DNA of 63,629 nt, counting the filler, from Octopus bimaculoides (Eukaryota): assembly GCF_001194135.2 (NCBI RefSeq). It is 6 parts of 5 records of this genome, joined end to end, with 100 filler letters (N's around TTAATTAATTAA, not from the genome) between each part and the next. Parts side by side here need not be neighbours in the genome. Positions count along the whole stretch, not along the records: positions 21,209 to 47,350 come from NC_068981.1; 5 more parts are not named here. One strand, given 5' to 3'. Shown here in pieces: positions 26,500 to 39,622 of the stretch. Position 1 is the first letter of the stretch, and each line of letters opens with the position of its first letter. The position numbers were made by a program, and so were the translations under genes. Under the pieces are notes generated by a model. That model did not search any database. It saw only the letters and a program-made list of their open reading frames with translations, and had not been told where the DNA came from.

Positions 26500-27200
26500 G
26501 AGTTTTCCAAACTATCTTGTTTTTTCGTATTTTTCTCTTTTTTGGTCTAATTGTTGATCTTCTTCAGTTGCCCTGTTTCTACACATGCTTTGGCTCAGTC
26601 CAAACATAGAACTTTATTTCTAGTGCAGTAGATTTCAACACTGATGATGCCTCAGATTCATAGAATTGCTTTAAATTTTGATTTATCTTATTGATTATTC
26701 AACTGTTGAGACATTTACTCCTCATTTCAGTAATGTTAGCTGTATATTTCAGAAGTCTGTACGAGGTTTTCTTATTGAGTTCTCAACACTTTGTGTACAG
26801 TTTGATTTTTTTTTTTAACTTAAGCTAGGAACTTTATTGTTTAGGGATACATAAATTCCATATTGCACCATATATTTTTTTTATTGATTTCAGTCCTAAG
26901 ACTGTGGTCATACTGAAGCACCACCTTAATTTATTTCCTATTAGCTTCGTTGTCTCTTTATGGTTAGAAGTTGGTCTATGACTGAGTCTGTAGCAACTTA
27001 TCTTTCTTGAATGTATCCTCAAATGGTTGGTTGGTCCAGTATCATTATTAGGTGTATATCCAATGTTTTTTTTTAATGTTTCAGTAGAGGTTCCTTTTAT
27101 ATTTCTGATTTCTTTAGGCAAGCACATGAACAGTTGATGACCTCTAATTATCGACTGGTACAATAGAGTGTTTTTGCTCATGATGTCGAAGGTGGTGTAT
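26500..27200 (-). mobile_element. CR1-group LINE ORF2 remnants
   Basis: IRGHQLFMCLPKEIRNIKGTSTETLKK matches the RGP.LFN.LP..IR terminal motif; INQNLKQFYESE..IKFYVW is a second ORF2-like piece. Confidence 0.65.
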
Positions 27201-27361
27201 TTGGAAGCTGACAGTATCTAGTTCTATTATCCTAAACTTTTGTTTTTTCTTTTGATCAAAGCTTTGTGCTGTTCTCTTTTTATCTTTAAAAATTCCATTT
27301 TGCTTTTGTAATCATTGCTCAAAATGTATTGGATTTCATATATGCTAGTTTTTAATTCATT

Positions 27362-27400
<39 letters not shown>

Positions 27401-27410
27401 NNNNNNNNNN

Positions 27411-27467
<57 letters not shown>

Positions 27468-29544
27468 AAGAGAGAAGAGAGAAGAGATTTCATTGTGTTC
27501 AAGTCTCTGTGAACTACAGTTTGTAATTTCATTTTTTTTTCTCTGTCTTCTTACACAGTTCTGATATTTTATCATCTTTAAATTCTTTGTGGCTTATTGG
27601 CCAAATTTTTATCATCAGACAGAGCTATGGAATTCTCTTGTCGATGATTGGAAATTTACACTGGAGATATATAGTCTGGAAAAAATCATACAGCTCTTAC
27701 AAGAATCCTTCTGAAAAATGTGAGGATATATTAAAATTAATAACAGTTATATGAAAACTTGACTGCATACATTATCACCACTGTGCTATAAAAAGAAAAA
27801 GAATAAAAACAATCCATTTGTAGCTATATTTCTTTTGAAATACACTGTTTATGTGTTTCACTCAATTTGGAAAATAATCAAGGATTCTGAGGAACTCAGT
27901 AAAATAATGAAAGTTTGATTATTAAACTGACATTTGGAACGTAATAAAAGGGTTCCTAAAGGGTATAATTCCAGTGTGAATACATTATAACAAGGAATTT
28001 TCTATCCTAGAACCACCAGCATACTCAGGCTGATTGGTATTGAAAAGGTCAACACTAATATGATAGAAAATTAGTCATTATTGGTACATATGTACAGGCT
28101 ATTAAATATTAATGTAAATGACGATGGTTGTATTTGAAAACCAGGCTTACAATGATTGAACTATCTAACTGTTTTGTGTATATTAATGTTGTAAAATATC
28201 TTTATTCTAATCTTCAGATTAAATTATAAACAGCTTTATATATCATGATTGCTTTGTTCTTTAAATCCCTCACACATCACATTTGAGGCAGTATATTTTG
28301 CATCAAAATTTATAAAAGGAACTTTTTTATTCTAGCTTATCACATCACATTGGAACAGAGATCCATATTTTTAATGAGTATGGTGGGTTTTTATATGTTA
28401 GTGAATTTTTTTGCTTCTTAATTTCCCCACTTAAAAAAAAAAAATTATGCAAGGTAACAAAAGTTTGTAAACACACACACACACACACACACACATGATG
28501 GTAACAATGATTTATCTCACAAATGACTTCTAAGACAAAATAATTTACAAAATAGTAAAGTGATCAACACTTAAAAGCAAAATGTAGCAAGGAAACCAGT
28601 GACTCTGAGTAAAAGCTGATTTGAACTGTGACATCCAACTCATGGTAGTATTGAGAAATTTAAAATGATGCACTGAGTCATCATAACAGGGAGATGCATT
28701 TAATGTCTGAGAGCTACAAGTGTTAAAGTCCAGATAGGCCAAGCAATTGCACTATAATAGCACAATAGATTATAGTTACATACAAACACAACACTGCATT
28801 TACTAAAAATGTAAGATAGATTTAAAGTAGATAAACTATAAACTTAAAGAATAAAAGTGTATCATCATCATCATTTTAACATCTACTGTTTCCATGTTCC
28901 ATGCTTGACTGGATCAAGTGAGACTATGTTAGGGTAGAGTTTCTGCAGCATTTCCAGGTTCCAGCCTTCACTTGTTTCCAAAGTGATAATCTCCAAGTCT
29001 TTTGAGCAGTGAACAGCCTAGACATTGCTATGTAGAAAACTAGGAACAAGTTATACCATTTCTGTGATCCTTTTGTTTATAATCAGTGAACATATGTGAA
29101 GACAAAAAGAAACATAAAACTCATGAATACAGACACCTATGTACATGCATACATATGTGTGTATGTATATATGTGTGTGTAATCAATTTAATACACAACC
29201 AAAAGAGCTACTAATAGTTTCATGTTGTTATGATACTTTAACTAAGCATATTTTATGACTGGATGCCAATTCTAACACCGACCACTCCGCAGAGTGGGTT
29301 GTGTGCTTTTTATGTGGCACCAGTACAGGTGAGGTTAGTTTTGGCTTGGTTTTTTTACAGTTGGATGCCCTTCCAAATGCCAGCCACTTCACAGTGTGGA
29401 CTGGATTCTTTTTAAGTGGCACTAGCACTGGCAGAGTCACCAAGTAACTTTGCAAGGCAAGGAATCTTTGAGAGTGAAGGGGACATCGGAGGAGGTGATC
29501 TTGTGTCAGATTATGAATAGTTAGAGTGTGACAGAGAGACTGAA

Positions 29545-29975
29545 ACAAGTGTTTTGCTGTAGAGGAGGTACAAAATTACCCAACCAGAGAGAGGGGGGAG
29601 AGTTAACAAGAAAGATGGCAGGAACAGGTTTGCTGCTGTAAAGGTATAAATAGATATCTAGCCAGATGGAACAGCAAGAGAAAGAGAGTGATCAAGAGTT
29701 AGAGCAGAAATAGGTGCGGTGCTGAAAAAGAAATACATGGTTACCCAGAGGGAGGGAGAGAGAGTTAACAAGAAAGAGGACAAAGACAGGTGTTCTGCTG
29801 TAAATGAGATATATGGTTACCTAGCCAGAGGTAAGAGCAGGAGAAGGAAGGAGAGAGAGTGATCAAGAATGAGGGCAGAAACAGGTGTGCTGCTGTAGAG
29901 GAGATACACAGTTACTCAACCAGAGGGAAGAGAGAGAGAGAGAGGGTGAGAGATAACAAGAGTGCAAGAGAGAGC
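29545..29975. repeat. Purine-rich minisatellite, five units with A/B alternation
   Basis: Units start near 29545, 29624, 29710, 29786 and 29881 with acaggtg..gctgta. Confidence 0.75.
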
Positions 29976-30240
29976 AAAAAAGAGATGGCGGCAAGGTGCC
30001 AGGGTATACTCACAAGGGCCAGGGATCAGAGCATAGATAGGATGGTAGAGTTAGAAAGAGAGAGGTTAATGGTGGCAGGTGCCAGGACATACCTCCAAGG
30101 TATAGAAGTCATATTATACATGGCCAGGTTTTGCCAAGAGGCGCAAGTAGGGAGTAGAGAATGGTGTGACTGGTGAAGACCTGGTGAGTGGGGTGGCAGC
30201 AATGATATAATGAGCAGAGTAGTGAGGATAGGACTGGGGA

Positions 30241-30272
<32 letters not shown>

Positions 30273-31756
30273 CACACACGCACGCATGATAGGCTTTTTC
30301 AGTTTTTGTGTACCAATTTCACTCATATGCCATTGGTTGATTTGCAGCTTTACTATAGGATGCCAGCCAACAGAGTCCAGTTAACTCCTAACCACTAGGT
30401 TCTTGAAGTGAATCTCTTAACCACACTGCCATATATATAGAATATCTATAAATGCATATATTTCTGCTGATGTCATTGCACAGTGTAAACTTCTGTGGAA
30501 AACCAATGCTCTTTGAATGAAGTGTGTGCGCATTGAGTCACAGATGGTCACTCTTGTCATGACATCTTTATTCACAACACAAATTGCTGTATAATGGGTG
30601 GGGGGAGAAAATAATAATGGGCTACAGCAAATATTCTGCTCAATACCACAGTTTTGCTTGTCAGTTGTTTGACCATAACCAGTTGACTATGTCCCTTGAT
30701 GGGTAACAATATGTGCATCTCTGATCATGAGCAGAAGTAGTAGGGGAGCATCATAGCCATGTATTGAGAATTCATAGCCATGTGTTGAATTCTTTGGGGT
30801 TTTAACAATTCACTTTTGGAAACATGGGTGTTTCATTCAACATCCTTAAACAACCCTTATTCAGGGACCTTTTGAGTGGGATGGGCTACTTGACCTGAAG
30901 AAAATTCGAACTGGGCAGGTCATGTGCTGTTTATCTTGATATGAGATCGCCATGTTGCACATATATGGTTCTGATGCATGCACCTGGTGTAGCCTTATCA
31001 GACAGGTAATCATGGTGGGTATACTGGGCTTTGTATATTTTACCCCAATGTCACTTTGATGGCATGCACTGTTCTTTCACTCAACAATAATAATAATAGA
31101 ACATAGAAGGTAAAGAAATAGAAAATACAGAACAGGTGTTTTTTGTGTTATGAGAATGTATCAATCATGTCAGATAGCTAAATATCCTTAGGAAGGGCAT
31201 AACAATATCTTAAATAATAATTTAGAACTGAAAAGTAATTTTATAAGTAGCATGAAAGATGGCAGTCTTTTATATAAATGAAGATGGAACTAGCAGTAAG
31301 ATCAATACCATGAAGACATTTAGAAAATCATTAACATAGTTTTAAAGGATCTATATTGAACTAGTGAAATTTTGCATAGCAATCTTTGACATTCCTACAA
31401 TTGTACATATCGAATATAGGTCAGAATGCAGCATTCAGAACAGAATTTATTGATGTTCAATCTACTGATTATTTGTGTTGCTAGGCCAACACATCCCCCA
31501 GCAAAGTTATAACTGCAACAACCACAATATAAGTAGTTATAATAATAATGATCATAACAGCAGCAGCAGCAATAACAACAATAATGATTATGATGATGAT
31601 AATAATAATTTCTACTATTGGCACAAGGCCTAACATTTTGATGGAGGGGAGTAGTCAATTACATTAACCCCAGTGTTTCACTGATACTTAATTTATCAAC
31701 CCCAAATGAATGAAAGGTAGAGTTCACCTCCTTAATAATAATAATAATAATAATAA

Positions 31757-32095
31757 CAAGCCCGAAAGGAATATGAGACACCATGACAATATAGCCAGGC
31801 TTGTCCATTAGACACTCTGCAACACATATGGACTTAACAGAGCAAAAAATTGGTATGACCACAAACCTGAAGGCATCGTTGAAAATAGAAATGCAAAGAT
31901 CCTATGGGATTTTATGATGAGATAGAGATAGGATGCTGGACATAGTCTTAATTGAGAAAGAAAACAAACTATGCTGGATCATAGATATAACATACCCAGC
32001 TGACAAGGTATGCAATAAGGAAGAAAGAAAAGTCAAGATATATGACAGGCTAGCTTGGGAAGTTAAACAGTTGTGGTCATTGAAAAAGAAAAACA
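31757..32095 (+). mobile_element. R4/Dong-clade retrotransposon 3' fragment
   Basis: RHHDNIARLVH*TLCNTYGLNRAKNWYDHKPEGIVENRNAKILWDFM..DIVLIEKENKLCWIIDI..YDRLAWEVKQLW. Confidence 0.88.
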
Positions 32096-32226
32096 GTAAT
32101 AATAGTTTTTGATTTAGGCACAAAGACGCAATGATTTCTTTATTGGCCACATGTACCTATACATACAATACAAAATGTGTCATAGAAAAGAGGTTACAAA
32201 ATTAGATGTACATGCATATCTATATA

Positions 32227-32261
<35 letters not shown>

Positions 32262-32702
32262 GTATGTATGTATATATGTATATAATAAATGGTGGGTGAG
32301 GTGGAAAATATGACAGTTTAGAAATTTAATACACAAAAGAAATTCAAACAAAATAAATCCATCTTCACAAAAGTGAGAACTTATCAGCTACGTTGGATCA
32401 GAGTACCCAACACCTCTGATTATATCTACACCAATCATCCCACACCTAGGTTGTGCTTGCTCAGATATTGCTAGATTGCTGATCACACTCTTTAACAATC
32501 ACTTGTCATGTAAGCAACCATCTCATCCTTAATCATTTGGAATTTGATTTATCCTCACTTAAGATTAGCATTAAATCATATAGCTGGAGATCTTTTAAAT
32601 TACCATTAAGCTCTAGCACTCTTATGACTACCATCAGCCACTTTGTGACTGACTCAATAAAATATCAAGAAATATTTTAGTAATTCTATATTTCTTTAAC
32701 AG

Positions 32703-32776
32703 GGGATACTTCTTTTTTGTAGTGTTTCTATCTTCAGTGTTTATCTTTCTATAATCATTCAACATATTGGATCTAG
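32703..32776 (+). CDS. Candidate internal exon, hydrophobic peptide GILLFCSVSIFSVYLSIIIQHIGS(R)
   Basis: ttctttaacag acceptor, ag|gtttgt donor, phase 0 to 2; phase-compatible with 32975-33005. No homology recognised. Confidence 0.22.
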
Positions 32777-32974
32777 GTTTGTTTAAGCAATGGGGTGGAA
32801 TAGGGAAAACAATGGAAGGTACTTCACACATGAGCCAAAATTGCAAGAGTGTTCACATTTTGGCCACATTCAAAATGTATGATTAGTTAAAAGGTTCTGC
32901 TTGATTTCTGTATCACTCAATATTGGTAGCTTAAATTTTCCATGTTATATCAACTCATAAAATATGTCTTCCAG

Positions 32975-33005
32975 GAGTGTATCCCAAGAAAAAGAACCAC
33001 AACAG
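32975..33005 (+). CDS. Candidate 31-nt exon
   Basis: gtcttccag acceptor and cag|gtatat donor; open in all three frames. Confidence 0.22.
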
Positions 33006-34498
33006 GTATATTAGTCTGCCAGTTTATCATTAATGCTACTTATGATTTTATTATTCCAAGTAGATTAAATCTAATTATCTTTTGCTTTCTCATTTTTTTT
33101 CATTTCTTTTATTTGTAGGTAGATTTTTTTTCCTTAATGTTTTAATAATAGCATTAACTTTGTATTTTCTCTTCACACTAATCCAAATTATATTTAAGAG
33201 TTATAATCAATACTTGATTTAATTCTAAATTTTATGAATTTTGCATGAGAAACATACCCCAGCATCTAAATATCAGCATTATTTTAAAACTGTAGCAGAT
33301 TGTACACAAGTGACATTTTACAAAATAGCAAAACATTCTCTTCTAAATTCCCTTTCATTGCTCTGCTTCTATCAGGACACTCCTTGATCAATGGTAGGCT
33401 TCCTTTCTTCTAGTTCAGTTACTCATATCACCTTATTAAGTAAAGGTCAATGTTCCTGTTTTATTACTGCCAATGTCTGTTACACTATATTTTTCTGTTG
33501 TAAGTCACAGTGAGAGGATGTCACCATGTTCATATGTTGTAAGCTCTTTCATTTTTCCATTTTCATGTCTTTCACTCAAAATGTGCAATTTCCTTATTCT
33601 AAATACATGTTGTGAAAGTCTGAAATCACTTGCATTTCTTCTGCAAATAAAAACTGCAGCTGAAATATACTGCATCATCTTTCATGTCTTTTTTTTTTTA
33701 ACAGTCTGTGGCAGTTTATTTCTTATGGGTAATAGTTTAGCCATTTCTCAGGTGCACATGTTAAAGGGTTAAAATAAGGGTTTCCTAGTTCTTTAGTTAG
33801 TTTGAACCTGTATAGGTTTCTCATTGCCTTATATTTCTGATATCCAATATTACCTATTTCTTTCACCTTTTTAAGAACAATGAAATAAATACTAATTAGA
33901 TTGTTTTTTTCTTGACTGAGAAAATATTTACTTTTCTATACATTCTCACCCACATTACAACATATCTTTCCCATTCTGTGTAGTTGCATACCTAGGTTCA
34001 TGAGTATAACATGTGTCACTTCCTTACATTGTCTAGAATTTTTAAGCAGATTATTTTTAATTATTAAATACAATTTGGTGTCTATATTTTCAAAATATGA
34101 TTTTTTGATTAAATTAATCAGCTTTTCTGTTAATAAATTACAGTGGGAAGCTGTTTTATCTTTCAAAATACATTGTTTTAAAAATAGTGATAACCACTTT
34201 CCATTGAGAAATTCATTTGTATTTGTGTGCAGACACACAGGAGCATGCACACACACTGATGCATGCATATGTGCATGTATACACACACATATACACACGT
34301 ATGAAATGAACATTGGGTATATAGTAGATTAGAAGTCATTCAAAATTATGGGTATTGAATATTTGTTAAAGTTCAAAATGTACATGTAACTGTTATCATA
34401 ACATAATTATGTAGTTTTTATTACTTATTTTACTATTTTTGGTATATGTGAACTTTAGTTTTCTCTCTCATAGTTATCTATTTCTAAACCTAGTTTAC

Positions 34499-34560
34499 CA
34501 TGACTGTCATAGGAAGTTTCATTGAAGTGGCTTCCTGCTGCTTTCTGATAGATGAGAAGC
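34499..34560 (-). CDS. Candidate exon (R)LLIYQKAAGSHFNETSYDSH
   Basis: ctaac branch-like motif, ttcttag acceptor, atg|gtaaac donor; phase-compatible with 42824-42877. Confidence 0.3.
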
Positions 34561-34695
34561 CTAAGAATTTTAGTTAGAGAGAAATGGAATCTGCGATGTT
34601 CATGTCTTCACCATAGGCAATAACAAGATAGATGAAATACTACAGCTACAACTACAATTGAAATTGTGTTACTGACCTCTACTCTGAAGGCTTTG

Positions 34696-34782
<87 letters not shown>

Positions 34783-35610
34783 CACACACACATCTGAGTC
34801 CATAAGTCAGGGAAAAGATGCATTCATATCTCTGTCAATAGAGGGGGTATGTTATCCAAAATGTACAGTATTATATATATTCATCACAGCTGATCTTACC
34901 AATCGATAGATAGATATATATTTGTTACATTTGTCATTAACCTGTAAGCATTCATGATGTGAAAATTGTCAGATGTGTTGATGTATTTGTATAAAATTGA
35001 TGAGTCAAAGAAACTAAGAAAGACAAAATGTCTGTGCATGTTTTGATCTAAAGGGTTTTGCTTGCTACCAACAAGCTACAGTGCTACAATTTCTTACAAT
35101 AGGGAATATTCAGTCCCAAGGTATCTACACAGATATATATGGGCTCAGCCATTGAGAGTTAAGTATTTTAGCCATAGACTTAAAACTTCAGTAGAATACA
35201 ATGTATCAGCACTTTGTCAACGAAAGACATAGCTGTCTTTCTTTTTGTAGCCCCATGTCAAAGTTTTTTTTTCTTATTTTTTTTTTTATCAAGCAACTAG
35301 TTTGCATTGATGGTAATTGCTGAGATCAGCAATTAACACACAACAATGGTTCGGTGTATATTTACATCAACCGCTTTAACCAGTTTACAGCATTGATTCA
35401 TTCAGTTGCCTGTGCACGGCAATGGGAATCACACTAATTGAGGTCAGCACTAGGCGTGAGATAATGTTCGGCATATATTTACGTCAACCACTTCAGTGCA
35501 AGTACTGTTTATTTACTCTAACTATATCCCTATGCAGGACACTCATGCAGTATTATTCCTGAATAAGATTACCTTATAGTACAAGTTAGATCAACTTCAT
35601 GTATTTACAA

Positions 35611-37293
35611 TTATGTAAATTCAGAATTTGACTTTAGTTTGGTAGAGTTCAAAACAGGGTACCACACACAGTGGCATATCACATTGTGAGCAATGGTATC
35701 CAGTTTCCTTGCATTTTGCTTTACATACTGTGCATCTCTTTGAAGCATTTGTCTTCTTGGCGGTGGGGGGAAACAGTTGTGGAAAATGTCCATGTACCTT
35801 CACCATGCAGTGAGGAGAGAGTCCAGCGTGGGGTCATCCACGTGTTCTGTACTTTGGCAGGCCTGATGCTTCTATCATTTCACAGAACAATAGATTCCTG
35901 AATGTCAGTCCATCCCCCAGACCACCAAGCATCTGCCAAATTAAATGTGAGTTCACAACACTCATGTCCACTATATACCAGAAAATGTTTTGGTACCATT
36001 TCACAAATTTTCTTACCGATTTGTGTGTCATTGCCAGCTGATCTGAGCAATCATCCCTTCATTGTATGAAACAACTACAGTCAGTTTCATTATGGCATTA
36101 CTGTCCACATGTTGTTTCCTAGTGCCCTTCATGCTTGCAGAATGCATTGTGGATAACATGCAGATGTTTTTTCTTGTCATGCCACTATTGGTGCATCGGT
36201 ACGCTGTTTTCCTCTTTTGAAGTTTTATCTTGTGAAGGTCGGGCAGCATGTTTTTCCTGTGCGTCCAGACAGTCACACAGGCATTAGCCCCGCTCGCCTG
36301 CAGCTGCAGGAAGATGTCTGGACTGGAAAACCAGTTGTCCATATAAATATTGTAGCTTTCGTCAGATAAGTTTTCATTTAGCTACAACACAACATCCGTT
36401 GATGCTAAAGTAGATGCTGGAAGATCCAATCTGTCCTGACCGTTGTAGATTTTATAATTCCACATGTACCCACAGGCTCTATCAGTTGATTGGCATACTT
36501 TATAAACCTTAACTCCAAAGCAGGCATGTTTGATCAGGTTGTATTGTTTGAATCAGAGCTTTCCTTTGAATTTCCACAAACTCTTGTTCATACAAATGTC
36601 CTGGGTGGGGACATACATCGTTCTGAAATTTTCAGCCACAACAATAGGACGTATTTTGTGCAGCCTGTCACCCTGGTTCTCACCTGAGTTGGAATGTAGA
36701 TCATGAAGAAGTGCCAAAAATTGATCATGTGGCATCATTTCCAGAAAGAAAGTTGTCAACGTGGCTGGATCCTAATTCCAATATGACACCAGGGTTGGTT
36801 TCTTCACAATGCCCATCAATATCAGCAGGGCAAGCAGAACTTTGATTTTGTTCCCTGTAGCTGGAAACCAATCACCGCCATGCCTAGGTCTGACATGCTG
36901 GTTTTCAGAATAGTCATTCATTTTGTCCACTATATGTTCAAAGTTTGCCTTTGTGCCAGGCGTACCGATAAACTCATGCCGTTAGACAAAATTGTCTCTC
37001 GCTCGCCACACAACATTTTGTTGTCCAGGGCCATTTACTGCTGCCCGCCTGTACCTTTGATTCACCAGAATATCATCATCACTGTCAGAATATTCTGATT
37101 CTGAACTAGGAAAATACTCACTCTCCAAGTCATCATCCAAATTGAAAGAAACAACTGGTGAGGTGTCGGAGCTTGGTGTAGCTTGGCACAATGACCATAA
37201 ATTCGAAGCAAGAGGATGCGATGACGAAGTTGGTGGAACTGGAGTGGTAGGATGCAATGACCATAACTTCGACAAAACAGAATGCAACAACAA
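35611..37293 (-). pseudogene. piggyBac (PGBD4-like) transposase, decayed
   Basis: Acidic N-terminus; DRLHKIRPIV; CMNKSLWKFKG (normally IDES); YMDNWFSS; YNEGM/D.SDQL; KWYQNIF; C-terminal CTVC..CSQCDMPLCVVPCF..Y cysteine-rich domain. Several stops and frameshifts. Confidence 0.95.
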
Positions 37294-37364
37294 AGTTGGA
37301 TAGAAAAAATGGGTGAATGTTTCTTAAAGCTGTGAAGAAAGAATCAAGCATATAATTCCAATCA

Positions 37365-37413
<49 letters not shown>

Positions 37414-37589
37414 GAGACTTTCAAATACTGAAAACTATACCAGTCTTATGAAATACAAAGAGCAAAAAATGGTGCAGACACTCCACAAAATGTTTCCGAG
37501 AATGACAAAATGAACATACTTGGAGCTATGTCAATTCAAATACAGTCAAAAATACAGGCAAAAAAGTTAGGAAACCAAAAGGATGACTG

Positions 37590-37900
37590 AACTGGAGAGA
37601 CAAGCCCAAACTAACTAACAATATGAGGCATGGGACTGTCCGTCTAGTTAAGTTACTTGGTGTCTGATTTGAATCTAAAATCCACAGGGACAGAAACTGG
37701 GCTGAGGTAATGGGAATGTAGCCAACCTCTCTCAGAAATTGACTGAGTGAAAGCTCTTCCTGAAAAATCATACAGATGTGGCAAATACATACATTGCATC
37801 CATTTCGTATTACACTCTGACCATTATGCCTTGCTTTAATTTTTGTCTCACTAGGTTGGAATGTTTGAACATTTGCTTCTGGAACACTTCCACATGCTTC
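37590..37900 (+). mobile_element. L1/Tx1-type LINE RT fragment
   Basis: VKLLGV*FESKIHRDRNWAEV resembles the VK.LGVWFG..L..E.NW.EV motif; stops present. Confidence 0.55.
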
Positions 37901-37949
37901 CAGTGCCTCCTTAGCTGAAGGATTGCTATGTGATAATTGATGATACATA

Positions 37950-39622
37950 GGCGCAGGAGTGGCTGTGTAGTAAGTAGCTTACTTACCAACCACATAGTTC
38001 CGGGTTCGGTCCCACTGCGTGGCACATTGGGCAAGTGTCTTCTACTATAGCCTCGGGCCGACCAATGCCTTGTGAGTAGATTTGGTAGACTGAAACTGAA
38101 AGAAGCCCATCGTATATATGTATATATATATATATATCTATATATATAAAAATGAGAATGTGTGTCTGTCTGTCTGTCTGTGTGTGTGTTTCCCTAAAAC
38201 TCGAGAACTACACAACCAATTTCATTCAAATTTTACACATGTCTTAGGGTTCCGGTTGTGTTTTAGTCAAAAACATTTTTTAACTTCTTGCAGAGTTAAA
38301 AAATATATATATCTCCTCCACTATTTAAGTATTACGTGTCAAAAGTGAAACAAAAACACTCATGTCAAATACTTTCACTTTAAAAATGAAACTATTCCAC
38401 TAACTGAAACAATCACATTTCGATACTGTAATGACAGATACTTTCACTTTAATGGTGTGTGTGTGTGTATATNNNNNNNNNNNNNNNNNNNNNNNNNNNN
38501 NNNNNNNNNNNNNNNNNNNNNNNNNNNNNNNNNNNNNNNNNNNNNNNNNNNNNNNNNNNNNNNNNNNNNNNNNNNNNNNNNNNNNNNNNNNNNNNNNNNN
38601 NNNNNNNNNNNNNNNNNNNNNNNNNNNNNNNNNNNNNNNNNNNNNNNNNNNNNNNNNNNNNNNNNNNNNNNNNNNNNNNNNNNNNNNNNNNNNNNNNNNN
38701 NNNNNNNNNNNNNNNNNNNNNNNNNNNNNNNNNNNNNNNNNNNNNNNNNNNNNNNNNNNNNNNNNNNNNNNNNNNNNNNNNNNNNNNNNNNNNNNNNNNN
38801 NNNNNNNNNNNNNNNNNNNNNNNNNNNNNNNNNNNNNNNNNNNNNNNNNNNNNNNNNNNNNNNNNNNNNNNNNNNNNNNNNNNNNNNNNNNNNNNNNNNN
38901 NNNNNNNNNNNNNNNNNNNNNNNNNNNNNNNNNNNNNNNNNNNNNNNNNNNNNNNNNNNNNNNNNNNNNNNNNNNNNNNNNNNNNNNNNNNNNNNNNNNN
39001 NNNNNNNNNNNNNNNNNNNNNNNNNNNNNNNNNNNNNNNNNNNNNNNNNNNNNNNNNNNNNNNNNNNNNNNNNNNNNNNNNNNNNNNNNNNNNNNNNNNN
39101 NNNNNNNNNNNNNNNNNNNNNNNNNNNNNNNNNNNNNNNNNNNNNNNNNNNNNNNNNNNNNNNNNNNNNNNNNNNNNNNNNNNNNNNNNNNNNNNNNNNN
39201 NNNNNNNNNNNNNNNNNNNNNNNNNNNNNNNNNNNNNNNNNNNNNNNNNNNNNNNNNNNNNNNNNNNNNNNNNNNNNNNNNNNNNNNNNNNNNNNNNNNN
39301 NNNNNNNNNNNNNNNNNNNNNNNNNNNNNNNNNNNNNNNNNNNNNNNNNNNNNNNNNNNNNNNNNNNNNNNNNNNNNNNNNNNNNNNNNNNNNNNNNNNN
39401 NNNNNNNNNNNNNNNNNNNNNNNNNNNNNNNNNNNNNNNNCATCGCTTGACAACCGATGCTGGTGTGTTTACGTCCCCGTAACTTAGCGGTTCGGCAAAA
39501 AGAGACCGATAGAATAAGTACTAGGCTTACAAAGAATAAGTCCTGGGGGGCGATTTTCTCGACTAAAGGCGGTGCTCCAGCATGGCCGCAGTCAAAAATG
39601 ACTGAAACAAGTAAAAGAGTAA
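37950..39622 (+). mobile_element. Bipartite tRNA-derived SINE (head, CORE-like segment, central microsatellite, tail) with an insertion and a gap inside
   Basis: Head 37950-38112 with ggttcggtcccac B-box-like motif and ttgggcaagtgtcttctac; tail 39441-39622. Confidence 0.85.
38137..38455 (+). mobile_element. Non-autonomous Helitron-type 5' end inside the SINE microsatellite
   Basis: a|TCTATATATATAAAAATGAGAATGTGTGTCTGTCTG..aaccaatttcattcaaattttacaca is a typical TC-start Helitron end; the 3' end was not seen (gap). Confidence 0.55.

Noticed and set aside
27556-27715. Exon-like segment (TELWNSLVDDWKF... on plus; good splice sites on minus)
   Set aside because: The plus frame ends in a stop without a donor and the minus frames contain stops; a UTR exon cannot be excluded.
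37950-38030. tRNA genes at SINE heads
   Set aside because: A/B-box-like motifs continue into SINE bodies and do not form a full cloverleaf.
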